DNA of 64,000 nucleotides from Candidatus Onthousia faecipullorum (GTDB lineage Bacteria; Bacillota_I; Bacilli_A; RF39; UBA660): NCBI GenBank assembly GCA_018715925.1, contig DVKQ01000008.1, positions 1,562 to 65,561 of the forward strand, read 5' to 3'. Shown piece by piece: positions 61,247 to 64,000 of this stretch (position 1 is its first letter; each line of letters starts with the position of its first letter). The notes under the pieces were generated by a model. It saw only the letters and a program-made list of their open reading frames with translations, ran no database searches and was not told where the DNA came from. The position numbers and the translations under genes were made by a program.

Positions 61247-61780
61247 CTATACTTTTTCTATTTGTATTAATTCAACTTCGACTTGAGTTTCTTGTCCAAA
61301 CAAATCTACATTAAGAACAATTTTCTCATTTGCACTGTCAACTTCTTCGATAACTCCATACATTCCTGTAAATGGTCCACCAATGATTTTGACTTTAGTA
61401 CCTTTTTGTAATTCTTTATCAATATCAATTCTACTAATACCCATATTCTTTAAGATATGATCTACTTCACTAGGTTGTAGAGGAGTAGGTTTTGCACCTT
61501 TACCACTTGATCCAATAAATCCTGTAACTCCTGGAGTATTACGAACTATATACCAAGCTTCATCAGTCATAACCATTTCAACTAAGATATACCCTGGAAA
61601 TAGTTTTTTAACTTTAGTCTTTTTAACACCATCTTTTATCTCAGTTTCTTCTTGTTCTGGAACAATTACTCTAAATATATAATCTTGCATATTCATAGAT
61701 TCAGCACGCATTAAAAGTTTTTCTTGAACTTTCTTTTCATGTCCTGAATATGTATTAACGACATACCATTGTTTTTCCAT
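61247..61780 (-). CDS. nusG: transcription termination/antitermination factor NusG
   Basis: NGN and KOW domains (KQWYVV..., C-terminal KOW). Confidence 0.9.
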   Translation of the reverse strand: MEKQWYVVNTYSGHEKKVQEKLLMRAESMNMQDYIFRVIVPEQEETEIKDGVKKTKVKKLFPGYILVEMVMTDEAWYIVRNTPGVTGFIGSSGKGAKPTPLQPSEVDHILKNMGISRIDIDKELQKGTKVKIIGGPFTGMYGVIEEVDSANEKIVLNVDLFGQETQVEVELIQIEKV

Positions 61781-61794
61781 AATCATTTCCCTTC

Positions 61795-62091
61795 CTAATT
61801 ACCTAATGAGTGAAGCACTGCTAATATTACATCTATTAAATAGAAGAATAATGAACAGCTTATAATAAATATTATTGTGGCAATAGAGTATTTAACCATA
61901 TCTTTTCTTGAAGGCCATTTTACTCTTTTAAATTCTGTTTTTACACCACTAAAAAAGTTTGCTATTCTGGTAAAAATATTTCCCTTTTCTTTCTTTTTTT
62001 CTTTAGAAGAAGTTTTTTTCTTATCTTTTTTAGATACTTCTTTTAAAGATTCTTTTTTCATTTCTTTAGTTTCTTCTTTTTTCTTTGCCAT
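61795..62091 (-). CDS. secE: preprotein translocase subunit SecE with a Lys-rich N-terminal extension
   Basis: C-terminal TM and the conserved FFSGVKTEFKRVKWPSRKD. Start at MAKKKEE. Confidence 0.8.
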   Translation of the reverse strand: MAKKKEETKEMKKESLKEVSKKDKKKTSSKEKKKEKGNIFTRIANFFSGVKTEFKRVKWPSRKDMVKYSIATIIFIISCSLFFYLIDVILAVLHSLGN

Positions 62092-62253
62092 ATACACATC
62101 TTCCTTTATATTTTTTCTAAAAGAAAAACACTTTTCAGTGCTTAACCATACATTACCACAAAGCATCTTTTTAGTCAAGAAGTTTATTTTACATTTTTAT
62201 AAAATCTTAGTATAATGTAGAATATATGAAAGTTTAATTAGAGGTGATATTTT

Positions 62254-63183
62254 ATGAGATTTATACCAGACCATTATTTACAAGTAAGAGATTTAAAAAT
62301 TTATAATAAAAAAGTTAAAAATAGTTTTAAATTAGTAGCTTTAGGTGATCTACATATAAGTAAATTAGTCGATAATAGAAAGCTTGACCCTATAAAATTT
62401 CAATTAGATAGTGAAAAAGCAGATTACCATGTTTTCTTGGGTGATTTAATCGATACTCCTAAAGAACTAGATAAAAATGATAAAAAGAGAGAATTAATTG
62501 ACTTGATAAAAGTTTCTGCTAATATGGCACCTACTATGATTATTTTAGGCAGTCATGATTATGTTATTGAGGAAAAAGATAAAAAAATCATTTCTTATAT
62601 TAGGGAATATTGGGAAGATGTTGATAATATTGATAATGTTTATTTATTAAATAATTCTTATTTTAAAGATAATAATGTTATGTTTATGGGCTATATACAA
62701 ACTTTTGATTATTATTATAATATGGAAAAATCACATTACGAAAATCTAGAGGCATTTTATGATGATTTTATTACTTATCCCGAACTATATAAAAATTTAC
62801 CTAAAGATGTTGTTAATATTGGTTTAATTCACTCTCCTGAGTATGCTAAATTAAAAAAGAATATAGAATTATTAAAAGAGTATGACTTATTGATTGGAGG
62901 TCATACCCATGATGGATGTATTCCATTTGGAATTGGAAATTTTAGATGGGGACTTATTAGTCCAAAGAAAGAATTTTTTCCAAAAGATGTTAGAGGTTTT
63001 AGAACACTAGATACAGGTACTGATTTGTTAATAAATGGTGGTATTGTTAAAATTCAAAATTGTGCACCTACTATTCTTCATCCTCTTAATCATTTATGTC
63101 CTATGCAAATGGATACTATCACTTTTACTTGTGAGGAACAAGAAACTGGGATATCAAAAAAATTAATTTATACTAAAAAATAG
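62254..63183 (+). CDS. calcineurin-like metallophosphoesterase
   Basis: Motifs GDLH, GDLID, GSHD, GGHTH. TATAAT -10 at 62209-62214 and an AGAGGTGA RBS. Confidence 0.7.
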   Translation: MRFIPDHYLQVRDLKIYNKKVKNSFKLVALGDLHISKLVDNRKLDPIKFQLDSEKADYHVFLGDLIDTPKELDKNDKKRELIDLIKVSANMAPTMIILGSHDYVIEEKDKKIISYIREYWEDVDNIDNVYLLNNSYFKDNNVMFMGYIQTFDYYYNMEKSHYENLEAFYDDFITYPELYKNLPKDVVNIGLIHSPEYAKLKKNIELLKEYDLLIGGHTHDGCIPFGIGNFRWGLISPKKEFFPKDVRGFRTLDTGTDLLINGGIVKIQNCAPTILHPLNHLCPMQMDTITFTCEEQETGISKKLIYTKK

Positions 63184-63206
63184 GAATACTTAACGGTGTT
63201 CCTATT

Positions 63207-63857
63207 TTATTCTTCTATCATTCTACGATAAACTTTCATTTTATTAGTACTTTGATTATCTTTAATACAAGTTTTCATCAGAGAAAAGCCTAGCTTTAAG
63301 CTATAAGTGTTATCAACAGTACTGTATTTATCTGTAGTATCATAAACTTTATTATCATCAATATCTCGGTAGAATACATGCTGTTTCTTTATAATGTCTA
63401 TACTAGTTAATCCTAAGCTTTCAAAGTCATATTCTACTAGTTTATTAATATATAATGAAAGTAAATAAAGTCTTTCATTTTTTGTGAAATTTGGTTTAGT
63501 TATAACAATAACGTCTACGTTTAAATTACCTATATCATGCTTTTCTTCTTGTTTTAGTAACTTTGCTTGATATTTAGCTAAAGCTAACTTTAAAACGTCT
63601 TCGTTAGTTCTATTATATAATTCTGTTAATTTTTCTTTTACATCATCATCTAAATCAAAATTATTCTTAAGTTGGTCTTTATATATTGGAAGAACTCTAT
63701 CTAGCATTTCTTTAAAATTTGTTTTTGCTTGTTCTATTTTATTCATTTTCTTCATCCTTTCTATTTTTCCACTGCATTTGTTGATAATTATATAATTTAG
63801 ATTTTCATTTATTAAATCTTTTTTTATAATAACAACTTTGACATAGTTTTTCAACAC
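63207..63857 (-). CDS. hypothetical protein
   Basis: 216-aa ORF. The true start is possibly the internal MKKMNKIEQ. Confidence 0.45.
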   Translation of the reverse strand: MLKNYVKVVIIKKDLINENLNYIIINKCSGKIERMKKMNKIEQAKTNFKEMLDRVLPIYKDQLKNNFDLDDDVKEKLTELYNRTNEDVLKLALAKYQAKLLKQEEKHDIGNLNVDVIVITKPNFTKNERLYLLSLYINKLVEYDFESLGLTSIDIIKKQHVFYRDIDDNKVYDTTDKYSTVDNTYSLKLGFSLMKTCIKDNQSTNKMKVYRRMIEE

Positions 63858-63862
63858 ATTTA

Positions 63863-64000
63863 TTATCTCTAAAGCCTTCTATAATTTTTTTAGTTTTTTC
63901 TTTTTCTAGTATTTCTTTTAAGTCTTCTTCAAAGATATTTCCTAAATTAATAAGTCCTTCATCATCAAGACAACATGCTGTTACTGTACCATTTGATAGT
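63863..64000 (-). CDS. partial CDS, C-terminus of a probable SPASM/radical-SAM-type domain protein (runs off the window)
   Basis: Manual translation ...NGTVTACCLDDEGLINLGNIFEEDLKEIL... resembles the C-terminal SPASM segment (C..lGNi.e.sl.eI). Confidence 0.3.

Noticed and set aside
1-64000. CRISPR arrays, tRNA/rRNA genes, integrases or prophage genes
   Set aside because: No regularly spaced direct repeats, no tRNA-like cloverleaf-rich GC islands, and no recombinase or phage-structural ORFs were seen anywhere in the window.

Overview
A 64-kb chromosomal segment from a very AT-rich (~27-28% GC) low-GC Firmicutes/Clostridia-like genome that carries both Spo0A and FemAB-family proteins. Almost all genes lie on the minus strand. 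The core content is conserved housekeeping operons. Reading the minus strand from the right edge leftwards: secE-nusG-rplK-rplA-rplJ-rplL, then a Zn-ribbon membrane protein and a ybxB-like methyltransferase, then rpoB-rpoC. Next comes a gap/pgk/tpiA/gpmI glycolytic cluster that is heavily interrupted by a GT4 glycosyltransferase, spo0A, two Fic-family proteins, a nucleoside-deoxyribosyltransferase-like protein, two DUF4143 AAA ATPases and a Y-family polymerase. Then the complete S10-spc-alpha ribosomal operons (rpsJ through rplQ, with secY-adk-map-infA-rpmJ; no rpmD), T-box-controlled leuS, an ABC-2 transporter operon, and a peptidoglycan cross-bridge cluster (two FemAB paralogs, LD-carboxypeptidase, MurJ-like flippase), ending with trmB and a sepF-like fragment at the left edge. 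No rRNA, tRNA, CRISPR, integrase or transposase was seen. The most unusual region is 8.09-9.50 kb. It holds two tandem copies of a ~375-bp module. Each copy has a consensus sigma-A promoter driving a ~110-nt RNA that ends in a perfect hairpin, and converging on it a 25-27 aa hydrophobic peptide ORF with a strong SD. The non-coding parts are nearly identical between copies, while the peptide ORFs have diverged mainly by synonymous changes. This architecture resembles a type I toxin-antitoxin module. Other notable items are a recurrent terminator-associated palindrome (TTCCACAA-N3-TTGTGGA), a GNAT-methyltransferase fusion broken by an in-frame TAA, a leader with competing hairpins at 14.8 kb, and a degenerate-motif Fic/PHP phosphoesterase pair.
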